DNA of 64,000 nt. It comes from Phoronis australis. Its lineage: Eukaryota; Animalia; Phoronida. The notes below the pieces were generated by a model. That model was not told the DNA's origin, did no database searches, and was given only the letters and a program-made list of their open reading frames with translations. Made by a program: the position numbers and the translations under genes. The stretch covers positions 1 to 64,000 of the forward strand of contig NMRA01000899.1 in NCBI GenBank assembly GCA_002633005.1, read 5' to 3'. Numbering within the stretch: position 1 is the first letter of the stretch; each line of letters opens with the position of its first letter. Below are positions 1 to 13,141 of the stretch, piece after piece.

Positions 1-80
1 TTACTTTCCCTGTATCTCTCACTCTCATTTCACTTCATGGATATGACTTGAAGGGTAATCGACACTTGTTGTCCCTGTGT

Positions 81-128
81 ACATATCCTGATGATGTCTT
101 GTTGAATAAGACGAAACGTTGAGTTACC
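81..128 (+). ncRNA. Degenerate minimal (Penelope-type) hammerhead ribozyme core
   Basis: CTGATGA (88-94), then T, stem II GTCTTGT/ATAAGAC and GAAAC (113-117), with palindromic AACGTT in place of stem III. Stem I pairs for only about 2 bp, so it is probably decayed. Confidence 0.4.
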
Positions 129-324
129 ATGAACTTCTTTATTTGTGCGGCAATTGTCCGTTTTCTAATCGTACTTTGGCCAAAAAGGATGTGGTTTCAG
201 AATTATAAACAGACGAAAGGATCATTCATTTTTAAGTTTGAAAGTGGTAAAATCTTTTGTGGACCCATACACATTATTCCAGTGGTCTTTGGAGGACTGT
301 ATTTTTGGCACATAAAACATTAAC

Positions 325-595
325 CGGATGTGACATATACCTAGTTGCGGGGCTTGTATATTAGGTGGAAAACCGGGTTATAAGAATACTGGGGCATATA
401 TCTAATGGGACATATAAAGATGCGGGGTATATATTGTATACACCCAATGGGACATATATGCTTGCGGGCTATATATTGTACTGGGGTATATACCTAGCGA
501 GGTATATATAATTGCGGGATATATATTGTTCCGGGGCATATACCCAATGGGGTATATATAGTTGCGGGCTATATATTATATATATGCCCCGGAAC
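325..595. repeat. Degenerate tandem/inverted minisatellite (GGGGCATATA-CCYARTGGG-RCATATA units)
   Basis: Repeated ggggcatata / cccaatggg / gttgcggg units. gttccggggcatata (~528) is the inverted complement of tatatgccccggaac (~581-595). Confidence 0.75.
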
Positions 596-1263
596 GAGGT
601 CTCAAAATTTTACCCCACTGCAAGGTTTCAATTAATAACCCCGTATCTGCATACAAACATGTATATATATATATGTATTTCGGAATTTAAACGCTGTTCA
701 AAGTCTTCCAATAGTAGAACTGTTGAGAATTTGGAAATATCTCATGAGTTATGCTCCGAATGCTTGCACGTGCAGCTGTGGACGTTTCGGTTAAGATGGC
801 CTTTAGTCCGTTCCGGCTCTCAGTGTAGAATCGTTTGAGATAATGCGAATGTGAATTTCCCTTTGCAAACCCAAGCACTTTCGTAACTATCGTTTTCAGT
901 AAAACCTTGTTGAAGCTAATATGAACGACCCTTCTGTCAAAATTATCTACTGGGTTAGACAAACTAACGTACCGGAAAACTGTTCTCATATTAAATTGGT
1001 TTTAGAATCAAGCTAGAATGGGATGCATGATTCAAGTCTTTCTTTCGTGAGGAGTAAACTCACGTGCTCTGCTTGCTGCACCTTGCAATATCGCGCTTGT
1101 TTTGTGATATCTCGCAAATTCAAAGGACTCTAGCCTCACAGTAGGCCCAATAAACTTTAAGATTCATGTGCTACCAACTGCGAATTACCACCAAGTATGC
1201 AAATTTATTCTTGTACTTCTCATTTGCGTTCAAAACAATTGCAGCGATGCTGTTTTTGAGTAT

Positions 1264-1645
1264 TCAGCAATTTACGTTGGCAATAATAGGTGGCAAGATG
1301 AAACCGTCTTGCAAAACCTTGGGTACTTTTACACAGCAAGTGTCGCCGAGTTTGTCGTAGACCGGTCCACCTCCAACGTCATAGACCGAGTACAAGACGA
1401 CACCAGGCGGATCTTTTTTGGTTTTGTTGATCAGCTCACAAGCTTTATATGCGGCTCCGATGTTCAACGTCGTCAACTTGTGTTTGTTTTTGTTGAGAAC
1501 CTTTCCAATGACCCCACGGCAGTAACCTTTACACTGACTGGCCTGGCTCCCACACGAGAAGTATCTAGTTTGTGCCGACTGTTGCAGAGTTGCAGGTATG
1601 GTCACGGGTGATCCCTTGTATGTTGCTCTCAGCTTGCACAGGCAT
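1264..1645 (-). CDS. Secreted triple cysteine-rich-domain protein, exon 4 (domain 3 and stop)
   Basis: Acceptor tattccag|A, phase 2. Encodes CLCKLRATYK...SCGSQASQCKGYC...ACELINK...PPGV...DTCCVK...VNC*. AATAAA lies on the minus strand at 1204-1209. Confidence 0.85.
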
Positions 1646-3619
1646 CTGGAATACGGATAGACACCCACAAGCATGCATTTAATACGACTAAATTATATTT
1701 TGAAATAGTGATATGTGTAACCGGTTGAAGCAAATTATGAAATTAGATCTAGCTCATCGTTATCAATTGTACAAATAAACGTCGTATGCGTTCGCATTGT
1801 GTGTAACAGAGAAAATGCCGCTTTCCGAGAATCTCTCACAGGGCAACCGCCAGAAAGCTTCTTCGCAAATCTAAAAATGGAGTGCAATAGCAAACAAGAC
1901 GAGTTTCATTTTCTACAACAATGGTCACTCCGGGCATTCGCTGAATAATGGGCTCGGGCTCGTGGTTTTGCAATCAAACGCATATGTACTTGTACATGTA
2001 TACAGAATTCTGAGCCAGGCGGGCTCTAAACAGCCAGTAACTGTGCTTGGCAGAAAGTCAGAACACGAAGAAACGATCTGGCTAAAGACTTGACTTAGTA
2101 CACCCGTTTCAGTTCTTTGAATCTCAATTTGCACTCATCTCGAAACGAATTCAGAAATGTAGCACGCCCGACTATCCTTACGATGTAGTCCTTGAGGCTT
2201 TCAAGTAGACGGCGGTTAAAAAGAAGAGCACATTAATTTTCGCGTCAACCGTTTGCATAATTCTCTCTCTTTTGTAACGTAAAAATTAGTCTTCAATAAA
2301 CTTTTACTGAAGTGAACTTCGTCTCACGCTCGGTACAATCGAAAGGTAATCAGTGATTTTTTTACAAATTTCTTAATGATTGATTTATCGACATATTCGT
2401 CTTCGTATTCTCAAAGTTTGGTGGTGATTTCGTGATGAAGTTTATGTCTTTCCGTGGATCCGGCATCTAACATACAAGCAAAGGAATCAACGCGTTGCTG
2501 ATTCTGATAAAATCAATTGGCCAAATGTCCCTTGACAGGTACATGTAGGTTCAGACTAACTAAACCAAGTTAGCTCCACGAATCTCCCCACTGAATTCAG
2601 CAAACCATCGACTGTATTCGGTCCGTGGTTTCGTCGTATTTTAACTAGGAAAGATTGCGACCAAATCTATGATAACGATTCTCGACGACAGCGTTATATA
2701 CACTACATGTATGTTCAAAACGTGGATCTCGAGGGATATTAAACCCCGTGTTGGCGGGATAACCAAAAGCTAGTTATGTCACCTGCTTATTCAACTTTGC
2801 TACCTCCTCGAGAGATGGATGAAATGGCAAACTAACTTCACCTTTATCATACATTGGATTTTATGCTTTGAAATAGGCAGTTGTCTCGCACTTAATGTAA
2901 TTTAAAGCATTTGCCATGCTTGCCGATGTAGCTGACTTTGTAAGAAATTTCCTTGCTCAACCTTCGAGGATTGACATCATTAACAGAGCATGATCTCATT
3001 TTAAGAAGTGTATGAGAAGATTGTACTTTGTACACTGTACCTGTACATGAAGAGGTCGAATCCGGGTTTTTGAAGGGAATCATGTACATCTTTTCGCTTT
3101 CGTATGGTAAGCAAAACACAGAAAATAGGAACACGTACATGCTAGCGAGATGTTCTTTTGTTAAGAACAACATAGAACCGAGTGTTAAACAGTGGTAAAC
3201 ATAAAGAAAGTGCATTTAATGAATTTTTAAATCGCTACGTTCACGCAGCGTTCATGGACCTATCCCGCAGAGTACAGTATAACAGGCTTACGTACACGTA
3301 CAGCAGGAAATTACGAATATTCAGTCAACTCATTAGCGGAGGTGCATACCGACAGTGTCTGCGTTCAACATTTTTTTATTCCCAAATTGTTTTTAAATGG
3401 ATATAAAATGAGTATAAGGTAATAAAATATAAATATCAAGGAAACTGTTTCTTGTCTTGACAGCTTAACATGAAAAACAGGCAATAAAATTTATAACCCA
3501 GATATATCTGATTTCAAATGGCAACATCAAAGGCGATAGTGGAAAAAAGAAACATCAACATCATGATCAAAATGTATAAGGCGCACGAGCCAAACAATAA
3601 AATACGAGAGCGCTCGGAG

Positions 3620-3965
3620 GAGCGACACTTGACGAAATTAACCAAAAAACACGTCAGAGATGACCGGAAAAGTCGACGACAGAGATGATGAGGAAGATGA
3701 TAGCTATGACGACGATGGTGGCGATGATGGACAATGCAAGTTATGATATCACTCAGATGACGAAAGTAGAGATCAGAAATCACTAAGGAATAGGCTACAG
3801 TCTTGAGCAACAATTGGCGAAATTAATTGAAGAAAAGACGACGTCGGAGATGATGACGGAGATGACGAATATGATGACGATGGTGATGAGGATGAACAAC
3901 ATCATAACATACATATGACGAACTTTGATGTCATAAAACAGTAATAAAGAGGCTACAGTCTTGTT
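3620..3965. repeat. GAT/GAC-rich degenerate tandem duplication
   Basis: Two similar blocks (gaaattaa...gacgac-gagatgatga...gacgatggtg...aggctacagtcttg) about 165-180 bp apart. Confidence 0.6.
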
Positions 3966-6900
3966 CAATAGAAGCTAAACCAACATCAATACAGCAAGGG
4001 CGCTCAACAAAGGAACGGCGCTATAAAAATCTCGAATAATTAAAAAAGTAGACGTCCTAGCAAAAATGTAAAACATCTTCTGAAAGCCCGTTCAAAGTTC
4101 TATCATACGTGATAATATCGTTAAATTCCGTTAGTTTTTCGAAAAAAATGAAATTTTGCGTTTTTTTGATTTTCAAAGTCAAATAACTCGAAAATGGTAA
4201 GTCTGAGAAAAAAATTAGTACAGTTCATCTGAAAGGATATACCTCACAAATTCTACATGCAAAGATTCACTTCATTTTCTTTTTCCGTTTAAAATGGCAC
4301 TCTGGCACGACTGAAAATGGGTCAACATGCGTCAGATCCGCCATTTTGGAATCAACTTCCGGTTTAAAGTTATTTAAAGCGCCCTCTAGAGGACAAAACG
4401 TTTTTTCCCGAAATCGAGGTGCGCATGCGCCATTGCCAATATTTCCGCAATTTTTTAAAGGAAGTTCATGATTTCTACACTAATTGGAGAAACTGGACAC
4501 TTTCATATTTGTGCTGATTTTGAGCCCAATACGTCAAAAATTGTGGGTTCTATGAGCAGCTGAATCAGATATCGGAAACAAAATGGCCGCCATGTCCGCC
4601 ATCTTGGATTCGATCATGACCAAAACAACAGGCTTCCAGTACTTCTGGAGGTACACGTTGTGTGTAAAGTTCGTTTGGATAGGACAAAAATTGCGACATG
4701 TAAAGTGCGAACAAAAAAAAATGACGACAGAGCAACATACATGCAAGTAATGGCCAAGACTTCTCCGTCGCTGATAACTGGGGTCATAGAACGTAGCCCG
4801 TAAAGCTTAAAAAAGAAGGTCGTCTCGTCGGCTATGTGGATTTATTGAGAATAAAAGACAACATTCTAATCATCATAGCACTTCTTGTGGTACTATGACT
4901 GTATGAAACAACGATGTGGAATGTTTGAAATCATCACTGAATGTGCTAGTACCAACTCGCATATTTGCACAAAAAATGTGTTCAAAGAATTACCAGCGTT
5001 AACGATCACATAAAAGCATGCAGTAAATGTTTTGTGTGGTAGAGTTGAATATGCTAGCCTGTTATTATTTGGTCATGAAATTCTCTTTTCACCGAGGTGG
5101 TGGTTACCATTATTTTTCAAATTTACTTCACGCTCTTGAGAAAGGTATTACTGCAATTTCGGATTGTTGAGTTGTATCATTAATTTTCACTCATATTTAG
5201 ACAAAGTATGAGGAATAAAAAGCTGTGATATTTTTACAATTTCTGACAAATGCAAAAGACATTTTGCACACCAAATAGACCAAACAAACACATTTGGTTT
5301 TGACTCTGAGATAACCTTTAATCCTACCGAACTCCTCCAGGTTTAACGCCTTTCCTTGAATAGAAAAACGCCTACCTCGAAATTCCCAAGATTTCACCTT
5401 TAAAGCACACATGCGCGTCTTATTGCCCAGCTATTAAACAAGCAATGCTTCCTTGCGTGTATGTGTGAACGTCAGTCTCACCAGTGTGTCATATCCCCAA
5501 AACATCATGTACGTGACTCATTTTGACTGTTCACAATCCATCAATGTTTTAATATCTGACTCTACACGTGAATGCAAAACCCTGGGGCTTAACCCGATAG
5601 AGCGTTCGGGTCCGCGCCCATCCCTAACTTCGTTTTTAAGAACCCACGCTTCCGGTTGAGCCTTGATTTTTGAATTTCTCAGTCTAAGTGGTATCCTTGG
5701 GTAGAGTCGTAATTTTAAATATAGAAAGTACTCCCTAGTGTCATTTTACAAAGATGTTTGAATGATACTGGAATATACATGCATAGATTTTAGGTGAAAG
5801 TTGAGCTGACTGCCTCATCAGACAGCGAAAATAACCGATCGTTAACATGCTTAAATCCTTCACATCATGGTCATAAATGCTTGAATTTGGTTTCTAACAA
5901 TTTTGACATCACAATCTAAGTATTTCTTCTTAAATTTGTAAACTTATAATCCAGAAATAAACGCAAAAGTTAGAAAAATATACGTTTTGTGTGACGTCAT
6001 CAGTGGAAGCCGGATCTAAGCAACTGTGCTGTTATGTACCTGTCGTGAGCCAGAGTGGTCTCGAAATAAGTTGCAGAGTATGCAATAAGAGCAATTGGAC
6101 AGACAAAAATGATTTCGGTTTTTGAGTATGTAGCTAATTATCTGCAAAATTGTAGATTTTATCTCTACTAAAGTATATATTTTTGGGAAGTATGAAGTCT
6201 GCATAATTGGATTTCTTTACTTTTTTAATTGGTGAGTAATTTTTAGTAAATTTTAGCCTAAAGAAAAGTACATTGATTTCAAAGCAATTGTATCAATAAC
6301 TGTCAGGATGAAATCTTAAAAAACTGTGTTTCATCATCATTTCGTTTTTCGTTGTATCTCGTGATGCAAAAGTGGAAATTCCAAAAAGCAGCTTGGGGAA
6401 AAGTGACACCCATGAGCCGCAATCCAGCGATCATAACCAACAAAAAACTGATTTTCTTCATCGCGTGACTCACAAAATCAAAACAACCGACACTCTTCAA
6501 TGACTTTTTTACGAAAACCCAAGATTGATGCGTAAGCATCTTTTGAGCGCGCTTCATATATTTGTTATCAAGCGGTGGTTTCACCGTTGCACGCCTTTTT
6601 AGATCAAGCTGCAATTTATGGCCTGGTAAGGACAATCTTTAGAATGATGGAACATCTGGCGAGGTAGAATTGAATACGAAACATCTAGAATGGGCGTTCA
6701 ACACGTGCGAAGTTTTGTCAATTTATGTGATAGAGTATGCCGCTTGACTGCCGGTAGCAGACGACACTCACACGGGCAGCGCAGCACTGAAAAACGTGGG
6801 GCGCTATAGCACCCTATGGTGCACCGCCCATAGACCATGGGCAGGGCAGCACTGAAAAAAGTGGGGCTATAACCCCCACCCAGTCCGCTATGGTGCGCGA

Positions 6901-7049
6901 CTTACTGTGGGTATTGTGTTTGTCTGAAATCTTGTGTGTAGGAATTCAAGTAAATCGACTCATTCATAGAAGTTCAAGGAGTTCATTACAGTGTACATCA
7001 TCTTTTGATGGTTTGGAGGGTTAACAGGGGTCCTCCGCTGTTCTTGTAT

Positions 7050-7440
7050 GGTGATGGAGCTTAAATTTTATACTCTCAGTTGGCGACAAAACTGCATACA
7101 AATGACACTGGGGAAGCTGATACCCAACAGCTCTTTACTTAAGACGAACATTGGGAGACAAATTGGAGGATGGATTTCAATCCCTGGATGTGGAGCATCA
7201 TCAATATTACAGGTAATAACCTCAACGACAGGTATGCTATTTGTGACGCTAGGTATATTGGGGTCTTCCTTACATCAAAAACGTCTTGGTCAATTCATAT
7301 CAACAACGTAATGAAAACGCTAAATGAACCGATCCCTGATCTCGTACATGGAATGTTCCGTCATCGAGATGGCACGGCATAACATAGCCTACTTTTCTCT
7401 CTCTATGAATACAACAAACAAACCACCCACAGGTTTGAGC
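7050..7440 (+). mobile_element. CR1/L2-clade LINE remnant (region C-terminal to RT)
   Basis: Translation W...WRMDFNPW...RYIGVFLTSKTSWSIHINNV matches the CR1-type WxMxFNPxK...YLGV...LSWxxHI pattern. Stops are present. Confidence 0.65.
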
Positions 7441-8669
7441 ATTGTGGTCTAAGTCTAATCCGTACAGTGTAGGTTGTAATTCATTCTAGTTCAAGTCAAA
7501 TCATGCGCCGTCATATTCTGCAACTGAGCCCATCTTAGCACAGGGCGAGGAAGTCAAGGAGATCTGAGAGGTGAACCTTGAACAGGAACCCGTCCGTGAC
7601 GCCGTCTTCTTGTTTTTCTATGTTCTCTTTAAGCTGATTGACAACGAGTGTGTGGAAATAAAGAAATGCATAATGACTTTCGAATTGACCTAGAAAATTG
7701 CACGAGTCGACAATAAATTTCATACTATTTATGATCGCGGAAATCGGTGTCAAGTCGTGTCCCTTCAAAAACATTTGACACGACAGATATGATGTGAGGC
7801 TCTTAAAAGTATAAAACGGTAAATAAATCTTATAACTTGATACATTGGTGGATGTCCTTTCCGTGATTTTCAAAATAAGCGTGTTGTTGCACACGTTACA
7901 CTTGCGAGAGAAACCAACCCTCCCAAATACTTGGCTACATCTGTCAGTTCATTTTTCTAATGCACCGTGGTCATGTGAATTGTGGGCCCCTCTTCGGTGT
8001 ATGCAAAATGTGCACGTTATCATTGCAGTAGATGCTATTTGAGCAAATGCGCGGCTCATGAAAAGTATTAGGCAGGGCGATGCCGCGTTTTGATTACACC
8101 CTTGATGCGAAATTATCGGCGAGGAAAGTGAATTCGAACCCGGAACCTTTTTGCAGTCCGTCTCGGCCAAACGCTTACGAACTGAATCGCTCTCAAGGGA
8201 TTTTTGAGCATATTTAAGTCGGAAAGTCACTACTTCTATTTCATCGAATGTCTGGAAAACATCGGTGAGAATTAGCGATTTGTAATGAAATCAACTTAGC
8301 AGAAATTATTGGTTCATAGCGTTGGTTAAAGCTTATTTCAAGAAGTTTATCACATCTAACAAAGTCCCAAAAATATATTTTTGAAAGACGACGATGTCCG
8401 GCCTTTAGAATTTTCATAAATATGTTTAACAAACCTAAAATGATGAGAAGAAAAAGCATTTCTCAAAATTAAACGAAAAAAATTAAACTTCTTTTTCGGT
8501 TCAAGTTCGTCATGCCTTGCAACCGTGCCTGGCGCATAAAATGACACGCCGTGACAAATTAATTTGTGAAGTCCTCACATCTAAATCAAGTTTAACTTTT
8601 CTGAAGAAATTCGGGTTTGTTGCTGTCCCAAATGCTGGTTGCATGTACGTTGCCTATCTGTAAGCTTAC

Positions 8670-8984
8670 CCACAACACACATTTCCTCCAGGCACTACGT
8701 AATGGTGATTGCTACTGTCCCCTATGTCGTAGTCAACCTCAATCCTCACGCCGGGATAAGGGAGTCGTTTCTTCAACACGTTACAGACGCGCTGTCCTGA
8801 GTTACTATTCACAGTAGTGCTACCAAAAAATGACGCTTGCAGCGCTCTTCTACTGTCGGATTCGCAAAGAGTGGTGTGTTTAATGGCGCAATGGTAGTGC
8901 GGCCGGATGTTGGGATCCGTCAACGGGATTCCGATTGCTTTCTGGTTGTCATTCTGTCTGTACATCAGACGCAGGTGGCGACAT
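8670..8984 (-). CDS. Secreted triple cysteine-rich-domain protein, exon 3 (domain 2)
   Basis: Acceptor gtcttcag|A, donor GG|gtaagc. 315 nt, phase 2-2, open frame CRHLRL...HCAIKHTTLC...RVCNVLKKRLPYPGV...NVCCG. Confidence 0.85.
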
Positions 8985-10273
8985 CTGAAGACAGGATGAA
9001 CAGTATTAACTTTAACAAATGAAGTGTCTAACAGCGAATAATAAGGTATTATAAAAATGTCAAGAAATGCACACTCCTAAAAAGACTGTGAATATTTAAG
9101 TTACCTCTCGCACCTATTCTCTTTCACCCAAGTCAACAAAATGTGCGTTTTGGGGAGATGAAGTGTCATGATTGTAACGTCATTAAAATGAAAAAGAAAA
9201 AAAAACGAAACACTAATTATCTGTTTTACTAATTTGTTGGTTATGAAGACTCATCTTGTCACAGCGGCTCAGATTGTCATAACTTCGCGGCTACCTGCGT
9301 CAGCCGAGTTACTACCCAAATCAAGATGCCATGGCAATTTTTGTGTGGCACTTTGAGTTTGCAGAATAACACTGAAGGCATTGACGACAATTCGCAGTAC
9401 CAGCAGCTGTGTCATTGAAATATTCACACTGAAGTGTTGGGTACTACCCTGTATATTTCGCTAAAATTGATCACTTACACACCAGAAAAGCAGGTCGCAA
9501 GAATGTTTTGATAATGAAGAACAACAGTGGGCAACTGGACAACTGCGTAAATGGAAATTTTCTTTTTCAGATGACATTGCATTCTTTATGTTAATCTGAA
9601 GACTTCATAGAGGATGAGTTTGACAAATCATGTGTTCAATACTATATTCGTACCGTAATTATATGTTTTGTTTAACTCCTGTCTTAATGAAGCGTTTATT
9701 TTAATTTCATTTTTGCTCTGTAAATGGCCCTTCGGGCTTGTTCCGTGTTAAACATAGGCCTACGACTCGCGTTTCCAGCAGCCAGAATATGGAAACAGAG
9801 ACGATAGTATATCCCATAACACGTGAACACTTACATCGAAGACTAAGCACCCTAACATGTACAGTACCACAGGAATGGAACACTTGCCATGCTCCTCATT
9901 AACTCTTCCCACCTAAGTTGTGAGAGAGCAGTAACATTGTGATGCGTGCTTAATGTGTCGTTGTAGATAGGTCTAAGGGTCCGTGTGTCATCCCGTGTGC
10001 ACGCAACAGAATGCCTTAAAGTGGCACTGTTATTCCACGACGAAATATTAAGCAAGGGGTAATAGAGACCACTTCTGTAAACCAGAACAGCACTAGTGTC
10101 TTTAACCAGTTTTTCTGACGAAATGATCACAAGGTGAATAACATATATACATGTAACACGTTAGTTACCTGAGCATTATTTGTTTAAAAATGTTGCTGTA
10201 TTCTATCGAGTCGCTAAACGCACGGTTTCTTGCAGTATGCGATTGCTCAATTTGCGGAGTACTTTCAACTTAC

Positions 10274-10570
10274 TTTCTGTAACAGCATATTATACCGGGA
10301 GCCACTATTTGTTGATATCTCAAGCCCTTGCAGTGACTGACAACGGTTCCGGCGTAAACCCCAACACCTTGACTTGTGGGTCCGTGAAGAGTGCAAACCT
10401 TGTCTTTCCCCGCGTCGGAGGATTCCGGGTGGCCAAGGTGATGTTGTACCTGACGTAGGCAATCACCAGGGCAACGCTTTTTCACATATCTGCACGTAGC
10501 TCGCCAACCACCGTGGGAGGTGTCGGGTGCGTCGCCAGTCTTGCCACCGATTCTCCACGAACAAAAACAG
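10274..10570 (-). CDS. Secreted triple cysteine-rich-domain protein, exon 2 (domain 1)
   Basis: Acceptor cctcgccag|C, donor AA|gtaagt. 297 nt, phase 2-2, CFCSWR...TCRYVKKRCPGDC...KVCTL...HC...IICCYRK. Confidence 0.85.
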
Positions 10571-11289
10571 CTGGCGAGGAAAGTTCACTTCAGAATTACA
10601 AAATTGCAAATGCAAAGGGAAAGTACATGTATTAGTTGGCACAACTACATAAAGAAAGAAAGACACGAATGTTCTGCAAATAGAAAATAGTGATAAAAAT
10701 GGAATAAATATTGGGAAACTTCAGAATCACGCGTTCTCTAAAAATGTGTTGCTACATGTAGCACAAAGGCGTGCTTGAAACAAACATTTTCTAAGCTTTT
10801 AGATTATTTGTTGCACACAGTGCAAGGCTTGCCTACGGTTGAGGAATTATTGAACTTAAGTGACAACAGAAATGAAAAGTATACCAACCGACTTTTCAGC
10901 CGGTAACGAAGAAGCGTCAGAGAAAGACGACAGGGTCATGGTCATTTATACACTGAGAGAATTATGGAAAGTGTATCGATGAGAAATTAGGGGTACGTTA
11001 TCTAGTCTCTTCGGTTGTTTTCATTAAATTGTGAACAAGAGTGTCCCAAAATACATACAGATATTGCACAAATCTCAAACAGTACAAATGTTAACTGCAA
11101 TAAGAATTCAGAAAGTCCGTGCACTCGACAAATGCGCGTGCACTATGAAATTTTAAATCGCCCTAATAGATTTGCGCGGTTTTATCAAAACGTGTTAACA
11201 TGCTGCGTATGAACATTTTGACGTGGCATCTGTCAATGGCCAAAGAAGGCAGATCTGATAGGATATATAAAGTGAAAGATTACACTCAC

Positions 11290-11348
11290 GTCCTCGCACC
11301 TAGTGAACTTGGCAGAACGAAAAAGAGGAATGCTATACTAAAAAACAT
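11290..11348 (-). CDS. Secreted triple cysteine-rich-domain protein, exon 1 (signal peptide)
   Basis: ATG at 11348 gives MFFSIAFLFFVLPSSLGAR, a hydrophobic core plus a likely SLG-A cleavage site. Donor AC|gtgagt, phase 2, joins in frame to exon 2. Total CDS is 1053 nt (350 aa). Confidence 0.8.
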
Positions 11349-11677
11349 TGTTCACAAACAATTCGTCTGGTCCGCCACCTACCCAAATCCAAATGTGTCA
11401 ACATTCTGCGCCTCTATGTCTTTTATAGTCACTGCTGTGCATTCATCGGTAAAGTTTACCGTCAGACAGAACGTGGACGGGCTTTCACTGGTATTACAGC
11501 GCCGTGAAACAGCTGGGTACTCCAGGTACAGTATGTCACGTGAAATAATGGATTGGAGGCAGTTAATTTATTATTTGAATTTGATTTGTTGCGGTTACAC
11601 TGCAGTCACGACAACTGGGGAAAATGACCACAGTGGAATGCCGGTGTGCCCGATTCTACACTATACATGTAGTGCCT

Positions 11678-12130
11678 TGACACGCCGTAAAATGTAACAA
11701 TTTCGTAACATGTAAGAACTGTTACATTTCATGTCATTGTAAATTTTTACGTTGCTACGCCTCTCCTAAAATGAAACAAGTTGTTTCATTTTATACTAGG
11801 AACCTGGTTCCTAGTTTTATATAATTGTTACAATTTTCGTATAATGCACATACATGTAAATGTACAAAAAATGTACCATTGTTACATTTTACGAAAGCGG
11901 TGTCATATTTCATGAGTTTGCAGGGTATTTGTCACACGGAAAAACGGTCCGCACACTTAACAGCTTTCTTCTCGGATTGTTTGAATGAAATTCTGTCAAA
12001 TATGCCATCTCGAATTGATAGATGTGTCCACATGTGCTTTCCATTGTTTTTAAAATGAATATTTTTGGTATAGTCAAATATGTACCCCGTACAGTGTCAA
12101 CTCCTGACAAAAGAAGTTTCCAGGATCGCG
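11678..12130 (+). mobile_element. Non-autonomous repeat with AAATGTAACA/TGTTACATTT motifs, copy 1
   Basis: Aligns by eye, in inverted orientation, with 17985-18388. Contains internally inverted tgtaaca motifs. Confidence 0.7.
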
Positions 12131-13141
12131 GAATCGGAGGGAGGGTGTCCAGTTTCATACTGGCTTTGGAGACAGCAGACCGTTGGCTAATTTCACTGCC
12201 TCCGGCTCCCGTCGCGTATATACGGGCCTGTTGCCGCAAAAATTAAACTCTTCCTTAAGTAAACTCAATTATTTAGGCCTACCGACGTTGGGAACATTAG
12301 CGTTCTACCGTGATTTTGCTGATAAAATTGAGGCTCACTCTAGTGTTCACCTGAAGGTGGAGCTACCTGTATTTCCGTCGGCATTTCCCCGGCATATACA
12401 GTACTACATGTAGCTGCTATCCTTGCTTAATAAACTGGTAATTGTTGTATAACGTTCGTGATGATAAGTGTGACTTATTACATCGAAGTATGTGAAGTGC
12501 AAGCGCGAAGGCGAAACATCATGCATATCAAGTGAACTATTTTTAAGAAGCGCAATTATGCGAATCTTTAGATTGTAAAGCTACAGTATAAGCGTCTGTT
12601 TATACATGTACAATGTTTGTCGTTACGGAATGAGCGGAGAAATTTGCTCCCATAAAGTTTGCTTATTCGATGTAAAATAGCACCGTTTATAAACGAATCA
12701 GATGAAATAACGACTTAACAGAGAGTCTTCTGCTACTTGCACTGCCTGACAAGCGTTAGTCTGAGCAGACGATCAGAACAAGACGATTTCAGAGTTGGGT
12801 GTAGTAATAATTGTTTACCATAGAAACGACTCATCAATCACTAGTTCGGCAAACGAGGTTACTGTATTGTTTAGGTTGCGTGTTTACATGTACGTACTTT
12901 ATAAACGCTGTTTTCACCTTACACGTTTTTTTAAATTAAAAGTTTACTAAGTATTTGACGAATATGTTAATGATTTGCTCTATGTATTTTGTTCAGCTGT
13001 CATTTGTAAGGTGATTATCAATTATTGGTGACACTAACACCAGTACTGATTTGTGAGCTGTGAGTGGTACTGTATAAAAATGAGTTTAAACAACTACCGT
13101 AATTCTAATGGATTTATTTCGCCAAATACCGTAATCCTTAC

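Noticed and set aside
687-989. 100-aa minus-strand ORF downstream of the Cys-rich gene
   Set aside because: No recognisable motif or splice context, and it lies beyond the stop and AATAAA of the real gene.
1168-1611. 147-aa plus-strand ORF
   Set aside because: Antisense shadow of exon 4 of the Cys-rich gene.
5593-7020. Possible piggyBac-like element (TTAA-CCC...GGG-TTAA)
   Set aside because: The terminal repeats match for only about 3 bp, which is insufficient.
9479-9543. Possible extra minus-strand exon with a gtaagt donor
   Set aside because: Its length is not a multiple of three, so it would break the phase-2 chain, and it has no domain similarity.
9852-10130. 92-aa minus-strand ORF in intron 2
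   Set aside because: No Cys skeleton or convincing splice sites.
12813-12827. RFX X-box-like GTTTACCATAGAAAC
   Set aside because: Imperfect match and no defined TSS nearby.
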